Source: Fimbriimonadales bacterium
GTDB lineage: Bacteria > Armatimonadota > Fimbriimonadia > Fimbriimonadales > JABRVX01
Reading direction: 5' to 3'
Assembly (NCBI GenBank): GCA_045862955.1
Contig: BTVI01000054.1
Location: forward strand, 1 to 17,299
Length of the DNA: 17,299 bases
Position 1 is the stretch's first letter; every line of letters begins with the position of its first letter. Positions 1 to 7,532 of this stretch are shown here, piece after piece. The position numbers were made by a program, and so were the translations under genes. The notes beneath the pieces were generated by a model that was not told the origin of the DNA, searched no databases, and worked only from the letters and a program-made list of their open reading frames with translations.

Positions 1-144
1 AGCTGTTGACGTGCTGCCCACGTGCGCATGCTTCGACAAGCTCAGCATGACGCTGTGGGTGGTGAGGACGCGATTACCGTGTGGCCTGAAGCCGTTGACG
101 TGCTGCCTGCGTGTCCATGCTTCGACAAGCTCAGCATGACGCTG
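1..144. repeat. Two 89-bp-period tandem units, each carrying the 25-bp REP-like repeat CATGCTTCGACAAGCTCAGCATGAC (27-51, 116-140)
   Basis: agctgttgacgtgctgcc.. at 1 and agccgttgacgtgctgcc.. at 90, each followed by an identical 25-mer; lies downstream of the glyA stop and probably continues beyond the window edge. Confidence 0.9.
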
Positions 145-237
145 CGGATGCCGCGTCCGCAGCACCTGAAGGCGATGTCGAGCATGTCCTGCCAGTGAAC
201 GCGAGAACGGTAGAGGGAAAAGCCGGGCCAGTGTTGC

Positions 238-1515
238 CTACCCGTGAACGGGGAAACGGCTGGTGAGGGCCTGAACTTCTTCACGTATCGCGGACCGCTG
301 GGCCTCATCATCGCGGTGGCGTAGCCCTCGCGCCAGCAGCGATGCGATTTGCCGCATCTCTGCCTCTCTCATCCCCCTAGTGGTAACTGCCGGTGTTCCC
401 ACACGAATACCACTAGTGACAAAGGGTTTCTGTGTGTCGAAGGGGATCATGTTACGGTTGGTAGTGATGTTCACCTCGTCCAGCGCGATCTGGGCCTCCT
501 TGCCAGTGCATCCGAACGGTGTTACGTCGGCCAGCGCGAGATGGCTGTCTGTGCCACCCGCGATCAGGCGAAAGCCCTCTTCCTTCATTCCCTCTGCCAA
601 CGCCTGTGCGTTCAGACGCACCTGCCGCTGATAGGCTTTGAACTCGGGCCGCAGCGCCTCGCCGAATGCCACTGCCTTCGCAGCGATGCAATGCATGAGA
701 GGTCCGCCTTGCACCCCTGGGAACATGGTCTTGTTGATGGCGGCGGCGTGCTCCTCGCCACACAGGATCAACCCACCTCGGGGGCCACGCAGCGTCTTGT
801 GCGTAGTCGAGGTGACGAAGTGTGCGTGTGGCACCGGACTCGGATACTCCCCAGCGGCGATGAGCCCGGCCGGGTGAGCCATATCTACCATCAGCAGTGC
901 CCCTGCCTCGTCCGCGATCTGACGGATGAGAGCGAAGTCGATCACCCGCGGGTACACCGTGGCACCGGCCACGATCAGCTTCGGCCTATGGCGGAGTGCG
1001 AGGTCGCGCAGTTCGTCGTAGTCTATCACCTCGGTATCCTGCCGCACGCCGTAGGGGACGACGTTATAAAAGATGCCGCTGAAGTTGACCGGACTGCCAT
1101 GCGTCAGATGGCCGCCGTGAGCCAGGTTCATGGCCATCATGGTGTCACCCGGCTGCAGCACCGTGAAGTACACACCCATGTTGGCCTGCGCGCCACTGTG
1201 AGGTTGGACGTTCGCGTGCTGCGCACCGAACAGCTTCTTCGCGCGCTCGATGGCCAGGTTCTCTGCGACGTCCACGTTCTCGCATCCGCCGTAATAGCGC
1301 TTGCCCGGATAGCCCTCGGCGTACTTGTCGGTCATAACGGATCCGAGAGCTTCGAGCACGGCACGGCTGGCGATGTTCTCGCTGGCAATCAGTTCTAGGT
1401 TCCTCTCCTGTCGCTTCTTCTCGGCCTCGATTGCGGCGTAGATCTCCGGGTCGGACTCGGCAAGCGACGTGGTGCGGAGCCGCTCAACATCAGCGTTGGC
1501 GTAGGCAGGTCCCAT
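238..1515 (-). CDS. glyA: Serine hydroxymethyltransferase
   Basis: Motifs [54 protein letters not shown] (PLP lysine), [14 protein letters not shown]. Start moved from 1539 to the ATG at 1515 because it is preceded by GAGGAAGGAGGAACC (strong Shine-Dalgarno). Confidence 0.98.
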   Translation of the reverse strand: MGPAYANADVERLRTTSLAESDPEIYAAIEAEKKRQERNLELIASENIASRAVLEALGSVMTDKYAEGYPGKRYYGGCENVDVAENLAIERAKKLFGAQHANVQPHSGAQANMGVYFTVLQPGDTMMAMNLAHGGHLTHGSPVNFSGIFYNVVPYGVRQDTEVIDYDELRDLALRHRPKLIVAGATVYPRVIDFALIRQIADEAGALLMVDMAHPAGLIAAGEYPSPVPHAHFVTSTTHKTLRGPRGGLILCGEEHAAAINKTMFPGVQGGPLMHCIAAKAVAFGEALRPEFKAYQRQVRLNAQALAEGMKEEGFRLIAGGTDSHLALADVTPFGCTGKEAQIALDEVNITTNRNMIPFDTQKPFVTSGIRVGTPAVTTRGMREAEMRQIASLLARGLRHRDDEAQRSAIREEVQALTSRFPVHG

Positions 1516-1535
1516 GGTTCCTCCTTCCTCGAGCT

Positions 1536-1976
1536 TCACTGCTCGAGGGCTTCAATCTTCGCCAATCGGCGAACGTGTCTGTCCTCGTCGGAAAACGGCG
1601 TGCTGATGAACGTGTTCAACATGGCAATGGCAGCATCGGGGACCGTAGTCCCGCCGCCCAGGCACAGCACATTGGCGTTGTTGTGGCTTCGGGCGAGAAA
1701 CGCCTCTTCCTCGTTGGCCGGGTGTGCTGCCCGGATTCCGCGCATCTTGTTGGCAGCGATGCACATGCCTATCCCGGTCTTGCACACGAGCACGCCGAGA
1801 TCGGCCTGGCCGTTGGTTACGCGTTCGCACACTGCGCGAGCAAAGTCCGGGTAGTCCACGGACTGGGGCCCTCCTGTTCCGAGGTCCTGGGTCTCGATGC
1901 CATGGTCGGCCAGCCAGGCGACCGCCTTCGCCTTTAGTTCGTATCCGGCGTGGTCACTGCCGATTGCGACTCTCAT
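1536..1976 (-). CDS. rpiB: Ribose-5-phosphate isomerase B (RpiB/LacA/LacB family)
   Basis: N-terminal [54 protein letters not shown]; rpiB next to glyA is a common arrangement. Confidence 0.96.
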   Translation of the reverse strand: MRVAIGSDHAGYELKAKAVAWLADHGIETQDLGTGGPQSVDYPDFARAVCERVTNGQADLGVLVCKTGIGMCIAANKMRGIRAAHPANEEEAFLARSHNNANVLCLGGGTTVPDAAIAMLNTFISTPFSDEDRHVRRLAKIEALEQ

Positions 1977-1990
1977 GTTCGTTGCTTCGG

Positions 1991-1996
1991 ATTATA
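1991..1996 (-). promoter_or_regulatory. Putative sigma70 -10 element (TATAAT) for rpiB-glyA
   Basis: attata on + = perfect TATAAT on -, 14 nt upstream of the rpiB ATG, in GC-rich DNA; no clear -35. Confidence 0.5.
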
Positions 1997-2179
1997 CCGA
2001 GCGTCATATTGGCGCACACCGCACGGCAGGGTGGTGGGATTTGGCAAGCGATGGTACTTTGGTACCAAAGACGCGTTCCCGCCGTGTCTCGCCGTGCGAA
2101 CCGACCTGCTTTTTGGGAGGGAGTGAGAAAAAGCCGTGAATCTCTCCCGAGAAGGCCCTGAGTTATGCCGGAATCCGGT

Positions 2180-2185
2180 TATAAT
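2180..2185 (+). promoter_or_regulatory. Putative sigma70 -10 element (TATAAT) for the PEP-CTERM gene
   Basis: Perfect TATAAT followed by an A-rich run, ~100 nt upstream of the likely start. Confidence 0.5.
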
Positions 2186-2282
2186 AAAAGGGCTCCGGCG
2201 CCCCTGAGCGTCGGGCTGCACGTGCGTTGATTAGCCCCACTTTGATTGTCGCTGGATGAGATCAAAAGGAGGGTGGCGACTT

Positions 2283-2822
2283 ATGAGGCGAACCGCCTTC
2301 ATGTCGCTGTTAGCCGCGTCAATTCTCTCGCTCGGCCTGACCAGCCAGGCGCGGGCGCACGATGCGTTCTGGACCGGCTCGTTCTCTTCCACGGGAGAAG
2401 GTGCCGCAGTGTTCCTGGAGCACGAGGACGCTTTTCCGTGGGCGGGCTGGGTCCACGTTACCGTCACGAACGAGAGCGACGTTGCGTGGGGAGATTTTCA
2501 CTTCAAGATCTTCTCCACGGGACAGGATGTCTCGAACGTAGACTGGGTTACGGACCCGCCCTATGAGCCGCAGGGACGGGCGTTCGACTACTGGGTGGTG
2601 GACAACGCGCCGCCGACCGGTGCGACGCTGGACCTGTACTTCTGGAGCGATCCGGTTCTGGTTGGCCAGACCGTTACGATCAGCGTCTACAACGTTAATC
2701 CGGACCACGTGAACTTCGGCGTCTGCTTCTATCCGACGCCGGTTCCGGAGCCTTCGACGCTTGCCGTGTTTGCGAGTGGCTTCGCGGGCCTCGCTGCGCT
2801 CGCCCGCCGTCGGGTGCGCTAG
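2283..2822 (+). CDS. PEP-CTERM sorting-domain surface protein
   Basis: Signal peptide MRRTAFMSLLAASILSLGLTSQARA; C-terminal VPEPSTLAVFASGFAGLAALARRRVR (PEP motif, TM helix, basic tail). ATG at 2283 preceded by AGGAGG is preferred over the ORF-track start at 2256. Confidence 0.92.
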   Translation: MRRTAFMSLLAASILSLGLTSQARAHDAFWTGSFSSTGEGAAVFLEHEDAFPWAGWVHVTVTNESDVAWGDFHFKIFSTGQDVSNVDWVTDPPYEPQGRAFDYWVVDNAPPTGATLDLYFWSDPVLVGQTVTISVYNVNPDHVNFGVCFYPTPVPEPSTLAVFASGFAGLAALARRRVR

Positions 2823-2930
2823 CAGGCTCGTTCGATTGTCGCTACTGGGGCCGCGCCGCTCCCCCGACTAGTGAATGCGCGCTGGCCGTCCCGAGTTTGC
2901 GCAGGATCTGACAAAGACTAGGAACATTTA

Positions 2931-2959
2931 GAAGCCCCGGCGAGGCTAGCCGGGGCTTC
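2931..2959. terminator. GC-rich hairpin between the PEP-CTERM gene and murJ, possible terminator
   Basis: gaagccccggc-gaggcta-gccggggcttc, perfect 11-bp stem; lacks a clear U-tract. Confidence 0.4.
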
Positions 2960-2992
2960 CGCGTTGGCGGCGGCAATCGGGACTGCGGCAGG

Positions 2993-2998
2993 TACACT
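2993..2998 (+). promoter_or_regulatory. -10 element TACACT 6 nt before the murJ GTG (leaderless arrangement)
   Basis: ggTACACTgccaccGTG, no Shine-Dalgarno upstream. Confidence 0.5.
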
Positions 2999-3004
2999 GC
3001 CACC

Positions 3005-4624
3005 GTGTCTCAAACTCCTGGCGGGACCACCGTAGCCCGCGCGTCCGGCATCATGATCGCCGCGATCCTGCTCTCCCGCATCCTCGGCCAAGCGCGAGAG
3101 ACGGTTATCGCGTTCCGGTTCGGACAGGGCGTAGAGGCGGACATGTACCGCGCGGCCTTCTCGGTACCCGACCTCCTCTTCTTCCTCATCGCAGGTGGCG
3201 CCCTTTCGTCCGCATTCATCCCCGTGTTCTCCGAGTACTTCCACACGGACCGCAAGGAAGAGGCGTGGCGGCTCTTCGGCATCATGGCCACGTTCATGGG
3301 TCTGGTGGTCGGCGGCTTCGTAATCCTCACCGAGGTGTTCGCCTTCGAGCTGGTGCGCGTGGTGGCACCCGGCTTCGGCCTGGAGCAAGCAGCTACCACT
3401 GCCTACCTGAGCCGAATCGTCCTACCCGCGCAGTTCGCATTCTTCCTAGGAGGGTTGCTGTTCGCCACCTTCTACGCGCGCAACCACTTCCTAACACCTG
3501 CGCTCGCACCGAATATCTATAACCTAGGCATCATTTGCGGAGCGCTCTTCCTGGTGCCCTTCGTGGAACCGCCCGTGTCTGCGCTCATGTGGGGCGCGCT
3601 CGCAGGGGCGATGGTGGGGAGCCTCATCATACCCGTATGGGTGTTTCGCAGGACCGGTGGCGTGTACAAGCCCGGTCTGGATCTCAAGGACCCGCGCGTG
3701 GTGAAGGTGTTCAAGCTGATGCTCCCCGTGGTGTTAGGTCTGTCGCTGCCGGGAGTGTATGCGTTGCTCGTCCGCGCAATGGCCTCCACCGCCGACCCTG
3801 GCTCTGTAGCAGCGGTCGAGAACGCGAATCGTATCATGCAAGCCCCACTCGGTATCTTCGGTCAGGCGCTCGCACTCGCCGTGTTCCCGAGCCTCTCGCT
3901 GTTCGCAGCGCGCAAGGAGTGGGACAACTTCTCGGCGACACTGCACCGAAGTCTGCGGGTGGTGCTTTTTCTAACTATCCCGGCCTCGGCCCTGCTGCTC
4001 GCCGTACCCGAGGATATCCTGCGCACGCTATTACAATATGGCAAATTCCGCCCGGAAGATACCGTGTACGCAGCGTCTGCGCTACGCCTATTCGCCATCG
4101 GAGTGCCCGCATGGTCGGCTCAGGCGGTGTTGATGCGCGGTTTCTTCTCGCTGCAGGACACACTAACACCTGTCATCCTCGGCACGGTGACCACTGCCAT
4201 CTTCCTACCACTCAGTTGGGCACTCATGCACACCGAGATCGGCTATGCCGGGCTCGCGCTCGGCGTGTCTTTGTCTGCGACGCTATTGTTCGTCCTGATG
4301 CTGGTCGGCATCCGTAGAAAGGTCGGGACCCTGGAGGGACGAAGGCTGGGCGGTCTCCTTGCAGGCTCGCTGGTAGCCGCCACCCTGGCATCCGGGATCG
4401 GGCTAATCCTGGCAGGCTTGGTGCGGACCGCGCTGCTGCACAGCCTGGGACAACCGAACATCGCATCTGCTCTCGCTGCCCTAACCTGCCTGTGCTCCAT
4501 CGCAGTGTTCTACCTGTGGATCGGGAAGCTGCTCGGGCTCGAGGAAACCAAGTACGCGCTCAGCATGGTAGCACGCCGCTTCGGTGCCCGTCCACAGCCC
4601 AACGCGCGCCCGCCCGAGAGCTGA
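3005..4624 (+). CDS. murJ: Lipid II flippase MurJ (MviN family)
   Basis: LLSRILGQARETVIAFRFG, AFSVPDL..GGALSSAFIPVF, ANRIMQAPLGIFG, RGFFSLQDTLTP; many hydrophobic segments over 539 aa. Confidence 0.94.
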   Translation: MSQTPGGTTVARASGIMIAAILLSRILGQARETVIAFRFGQGVEADMYRAAFSVPDLLFFLIAGGALSSAFIPVFSEYFHTDRKEEAWRLFGIMATFMGLVVGGFVILTEVFAFELVRVVAPGFGLEQAATTAYLSRIVLPAQFAFFLGGLLFATFYARNHFLTPALAPNIYNLGIICGALFLVPFVEPPVSALMWGALAGAMVGSLIIPVWVFRRTGGVYKPGLDLKDPRVVKVFKLMLPVVLGLSLPGVYALLVRAMASTADPGSVAAVENANRIMQAPLGIFGQALALAVFPSLSLFAARKEWDNFSATLHRSLRVVLFLTIPASALLLAVPEDILRTLLQYGKFRPEDTVYAASALRLFAIGVPAWSAQAVLMRGFFSLQDTLTPVILGTVTTAIFLPLSWALMHTEIGYAGLALGVSLSATLLFVLMLVGIRRKVGTLEGRRLGGLLAGSLVAATLASGIGLILAGLVRTALLHSLGQPNIASALAALTCLCSIAVFYLWIGKLLGLEETKYALSMVARRFGARPQPNARPPES

Positions 4625-4642
4625 TCTCTCTGTGACACACAC

Positions 4643-4816
4643 TCCGCCAGCCGTCATCGAGGTTAGGTCCTTCCGTCAGCCGACACCGAAGTTAGGTCCT
4701 TCCGCCAGCCGTCATCGAGGTTAGGTCCTTCCGCCAGCCGTCATCGAGGTTAGGTCCTTCCGCCAGCCGACACCGAAGTTAGGTCCTTCCGTTAGTCGGC
4801 ATCGAATTTAGGTCCT
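4643..4816. repeat. Tandem array of 6 x 29 bp (consensus TCCGCCAGCCGTCATCGAGGTTAGGTCCT)
   Basis: Units start at 4643, 4672, 4701, 4730, 4759 and 4788 with no spacers; last unit degenerate. Confidence 0.95.
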
Positions 4817-4820
4817 CGAG

Positions 4821-4870
4821 ATCTCCCTCCCCTTGGAGCGAAGCGGAAGGGGGAGGGTTGGGGTGGGGGT
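4821..4870 (-). repeat. CCC(T/C)CACCCC-type REP-like hairpin, reverse orientation
   Basis: Reverse complement acccccaccccaaccctcccccttccg..ccaaggggagggagat matches the copies at 12237 and 12541. Confidence 0.8.
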
Positions 4871-4886
4871 CACACATACCACACAC

Positions 4887-4916
4887 ATGCCTGCATCCGC
4901 CAGCGGATGCAGGCAT
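4887..4916. repeat. Near-perfect inverted repeat atgcctgcatccgc-ca-gcggatgcaggcat
   Basis: 14-bp arms separated by 2 nt; lies between convergent genes, so may act as a terminator or RNA stabiliser. Confidence 0.75.
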
Positions 4917-4992
4917 CTACCCATCCCTCCCCTCTCGTGGACGATGGGCCACCGGGACGCCACTCCGAGCCTGACATGACGCCGAGCCTCTC

Positions 4993-5729
4993 GTCGTGGC
5001 TGAGCTTGTCGCGATGCCGAGCCTGCCGTCTGCCGGGAACGTCGTGATGCTGAGCGGTACGTCATGCTGAGCCTGTCGAAGCATGGGACCGCCTACCGCA
5101 CGTTTTCGCCTGCACTAGGTGGCTCTGGCACTCACGGATGCATGCTTCGACAGGCTCAGCATGACGGTCCCGGGTGGACTGCAGGCGCTCTATGCCCCGG
5201 CCCGCGTCCGCCGTCTAGCAGCACCGAGGGAATGAAGTAAACCCGAGGACCGCGCCGGGGCAGGGTCGGGGGCGCAAGCGCATGCTTCGACAGGCTCAGC
5301 ATGACGGCGTCCGGGCGCGCCGGGGGATGCAGCCGCCATGCTTCGACAGGCTCAGCATGACGGCGTCCGGGCGCGCCGGGGGATGCAGCCGCCATGCTTC
5401 GACAAGCTCAGCATGACGGCATCTGGGGGCCCGCCGAGGGATGCAGCCGCCATGCTTCGACAAGCTCAGCATGACGATGCAACTGGTTCTGCCTCGTCAC
5501 CCGGACTCTCAGGGCGAGTCACCGACACACCCTGCCTTGGTGCTAGCCCTCACCCCTCTGCGAGAGGGGGGTCACCGGCGACGCCACGCCGGGCCTCTCG
5601 TCATGCCGAACCTGACGTCATGCCGAGAACGTCGTGATGCTGAGCGGTACGTCATCCTGACCCTGACATGACGGCGTCTGGGGCGCGCCGAGGGATGCAG
5701 CCGCCATGCTTCGACAAGCTCAGCATGAC
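4993..5729. repeat. Mosaic cluster of 25-bp REP-like repeats (BIME/REPIN-like)
   Basis: Full copies at 5061-5085 (inverted), 5141-5165, 5281-5305, 5337-5361, 5393-5417, 5451-5475 and 5705-5729, plus degenerate half copies at 4993-5055 and 5600-5662. Confidence 0.92.
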
Positions 5730-5872
5730 GGTTCCGGACAGCAGAAGGCCCTCACTGACCCATCCTCTCGCAGTGACGAGGTTGACAGCATGTAGTAGGC
5801 CAAGTCAACGTCCAGCGTAAGGGCACGCTGGATGTGACATGTCTGGCCGGACGCGGCGCCCTGACCCCACCC

Positions 5873-6601
5873 CTAATGCGGCCCGATCCCCAGCAGCATC
5901 CGGAGCTGCAGCCACTCGATCAGCAGAAAGTACATGCGGTCGATCATCAGGATGAAGCGGTTCATGATGGTCGAGCCGAAGATGGCACCGAACGCGATCA
6001 TCAGCAACCACCTACCCATCTGCGCAGTGCCGCGTATCGCCTTGAACTTCTGCTCGAACGAGAAGAAGAAGTAGGTCAGCACGCAGACGGTGGTAGCAAC
6101 CAAGATCAGGTTGTTGATTGCGGTAGATATGTATACCTGGTTCGGCTCCACCACTTCGGGCTGCACCAGTTGCCAGTGGGTCGGCACTACTGGCACCATG
6201 GAGTCCTGCACCTGAGGCAACCACCGATTGGACCATGCCTTGAACTGCTGACCGGCCCACAACCCGAGAAAGATGCCGATGGGGATGCGACTGAGCCAGC
6301 CGTGCTTGCGGGAGAAGACCGTGAAACCTAACAAGGCCACGGGAACCGGTAGCACCCAGAGGTAGTAGCCCCTGTCGTAGAACGGAATCCACCAGAGCTG
6401 CCGCAGCTCCTCGGTCCAGACGAGCGCGATGACGGTACCGGCACCCAGCCCGAGGAAGATGTGCTCTACCAGCCTATAGAACTTGTTCTCGCGATACAGA
6501 ATGGAGTACAGACCGATCGTGGAGATGGCGCCCGCAGTTACGAACCACCACTCCTTGCTAAACATCTGCTGTAGCTCGATGGCAAGGAAGTTCCCCAGCA
6601 T
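5873..6601 (-). CDS. Polytopic membrane protein of unknown function (last gene of the DUF6754-like operon)
   Basis: 242 aa with ~6 hydrophobic helices; motifs YSILYRENKFYRLVEHIFLG, LTYFFFS, GRWLLMIAFGAIFGSTIMNR; starts 3 nt after the upstream stop. Confidence 0.85.
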   Translation of the reverse strand: MLGNFLAIELQQMFSKEWWFVTAGAISTIGLYSILYRENKFYRLVEHIFLGLGAGTVIALVWTEELRQLWWIPFYDRGYYLWVLPVPVALLGFTVFSRKHGWLSRIPIGIFLGLWAGQQFKAWSNRWLPQVQDSMVPVVPTHWQLVQPEVVEPNQVYISTAINNLILVATTVCVLTYFFFSFEQKFKAIRGTAQMGRWLLMIAFGAIFGSTIMNRFILMIDRMYFLLIEWLQLRMLLGIGPH

Positions 6602-6604
6602 CCT

Positions 6605-7522
6605 CTATGCTCCCCTCGTCTCCGCGCTCTTGCGTGCCATGACCATAGCGACGTTGCCGACGACAATGGCGAGCGTCAGCAAGATCATGGCCGCCGTAAG
6701 CGGTGTCATATACTCCCGACCCAATCCGTAGGCCATCTTGGCAGCATCTTCGCTCGGGCTCAGCTTCGGGTCTTCGGCCATCATCGTCTCGAAATCGTAG
6801 GCCCCGCGCGCTCCGAATGCCACGCCTGCGAGCTGACCGGACTTCTGGTAGGGCAGTGCCTCTGGGAACATGACTCCGGTGCACATCAGTCCCAAGGGAA
6901 CAATCCCGTGCACGCGCTCGACCCACAGTAGGTAGCTGGCCGATGCCGACACGTCCACTACCACGACGAACTCTTTGAGTGACTTTACATCCTTTAGCAT
7001 CTCGGACTTGGTGGCGGGCTGTCCGCGCACCTCGGCCTTGTCCAACGCGCCCTGAATGTTGCTCGTGAGTGACTGGATGTATGCGTCGCCAGCGGGCATG
7101 TAGCCCAGACTGACCCAGTTCTTCCCCTCGATGTAAGGTGGATGGTACTTCTCACGCGCCACCTCGACAAGGGAACTCAGAGCGAAGCCCGCCGCTGCCG
7201 GCTCGGTCAAGGAAATGACTGCAATCCGGTGGTTCTTCCTCATGCACAGCCTGACGAGCGCCTGATACAGTGGCAGGCTCTCGCCTCGCGAGGACATAGT
7301 CCAACCCGAGGAGATGAACACCAGACTCCCGTCCGGCGCGTCGTTGATCAGATCGAACAGCTTCCGAGACTGAGGGAGTGGTTGATTGGGCAGCGACACC
7401 GGATATACGATGAAGATGGACACCACGATGATCAGGATTAGGTAAAGAATCCTCCGATCGATCGTCTGCAGCTTCTCCCACGTCGTCGGTGGATGGGCTT
7501 GGTTTTCGGTCTGCATTTCCAT
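6605..7522 (-). CDS. Membrane-anchored protein of unknown function (N-terminal TM, alpha/beta domain, C-terminal TM)
   Basis: 305 aa; IDRRILYLILIIVVSIFIVYP N-terminal TM, NWVSLGYMPAG motif, C-terminal AAMILLTLAIVVGNVAM TM; 10 nt downstream of the previous stop. Confidence 0.85.
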   Translation of the reverse strand: MEMQTENQAHPPTTWEKLQTIDRRILYLILIIVVSIFIVYPVSLPNQPLPQSRKLFDLINDAPDGSLVFISSGWTMSSRGESLPLYQALVRLCMRKNHRIAVISLTEPAAAGFALSSLVEVAREKYHPPYIEGKNWVSLGYMPAGDAYIQSLTSNIQGALDKAEVRGQPATKSEMLKDVKSLKEFVVVVDVSASASYLLWVERVHGIVPLGLMCTGVMFPEALPYQKSGQLAGVAFGARGAYDFETMMAEDPKLSPSEDAAKMAYGLGREYMTPLTAAMILLTLAIVVGNVAMVMARKSAETRGA

Positions 7523-7532
7523 GCTACACGTC

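Noticed and set aside
349..1398. 349-aa + strand ORF and other long ORFs antisense to or overlapping real genes (e.g. 3535-4317, 7873-8499, 13101-13814, 15529-16398, 15642-16478)
   Set aside because: Shadow ORFs of well-supported genes in GC-rich DNA, with no recognisable motifs
2041..2056. Sigma54-like TTGGCA upstream of the PEP-CTERM gene
   Set aside because: No GC at the -12 position (GG-N10-GC not satisfied)
2823..2990. Possible ncRNA or riboswitch between the PEP-CTERM gene and murJ
   Set aside because: Only one clear hairpin; no SRP, 6S, tRNA or riboswitch consensus recognised
4643..5475. CRISPR array interpretation of the 29-bp and 25-bp arrays
   Set aside because: The 29-bp units have no spacers; the 25-bp array spacers are near-identical copies; the repeats occur in both orientations at dispersed sites; no cas genes in the window
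4808..5671. Small ORFs in the repeat tracts (recurrent MLSLSKH, MLRQAQHD and CFDKLSMT peptides; also 42-311 and 11787-12627)
   Set aside because: They are translations of the palindromic repeats in different frames and strands, not credible proteins
5781..5810. TTGACA -35 match with a short GTTGAC..GTCAAC inverted repeat
   Set aside because: No -10 at 16-18 bp and no + strand gene downstream; the 6-bp arms could be chance
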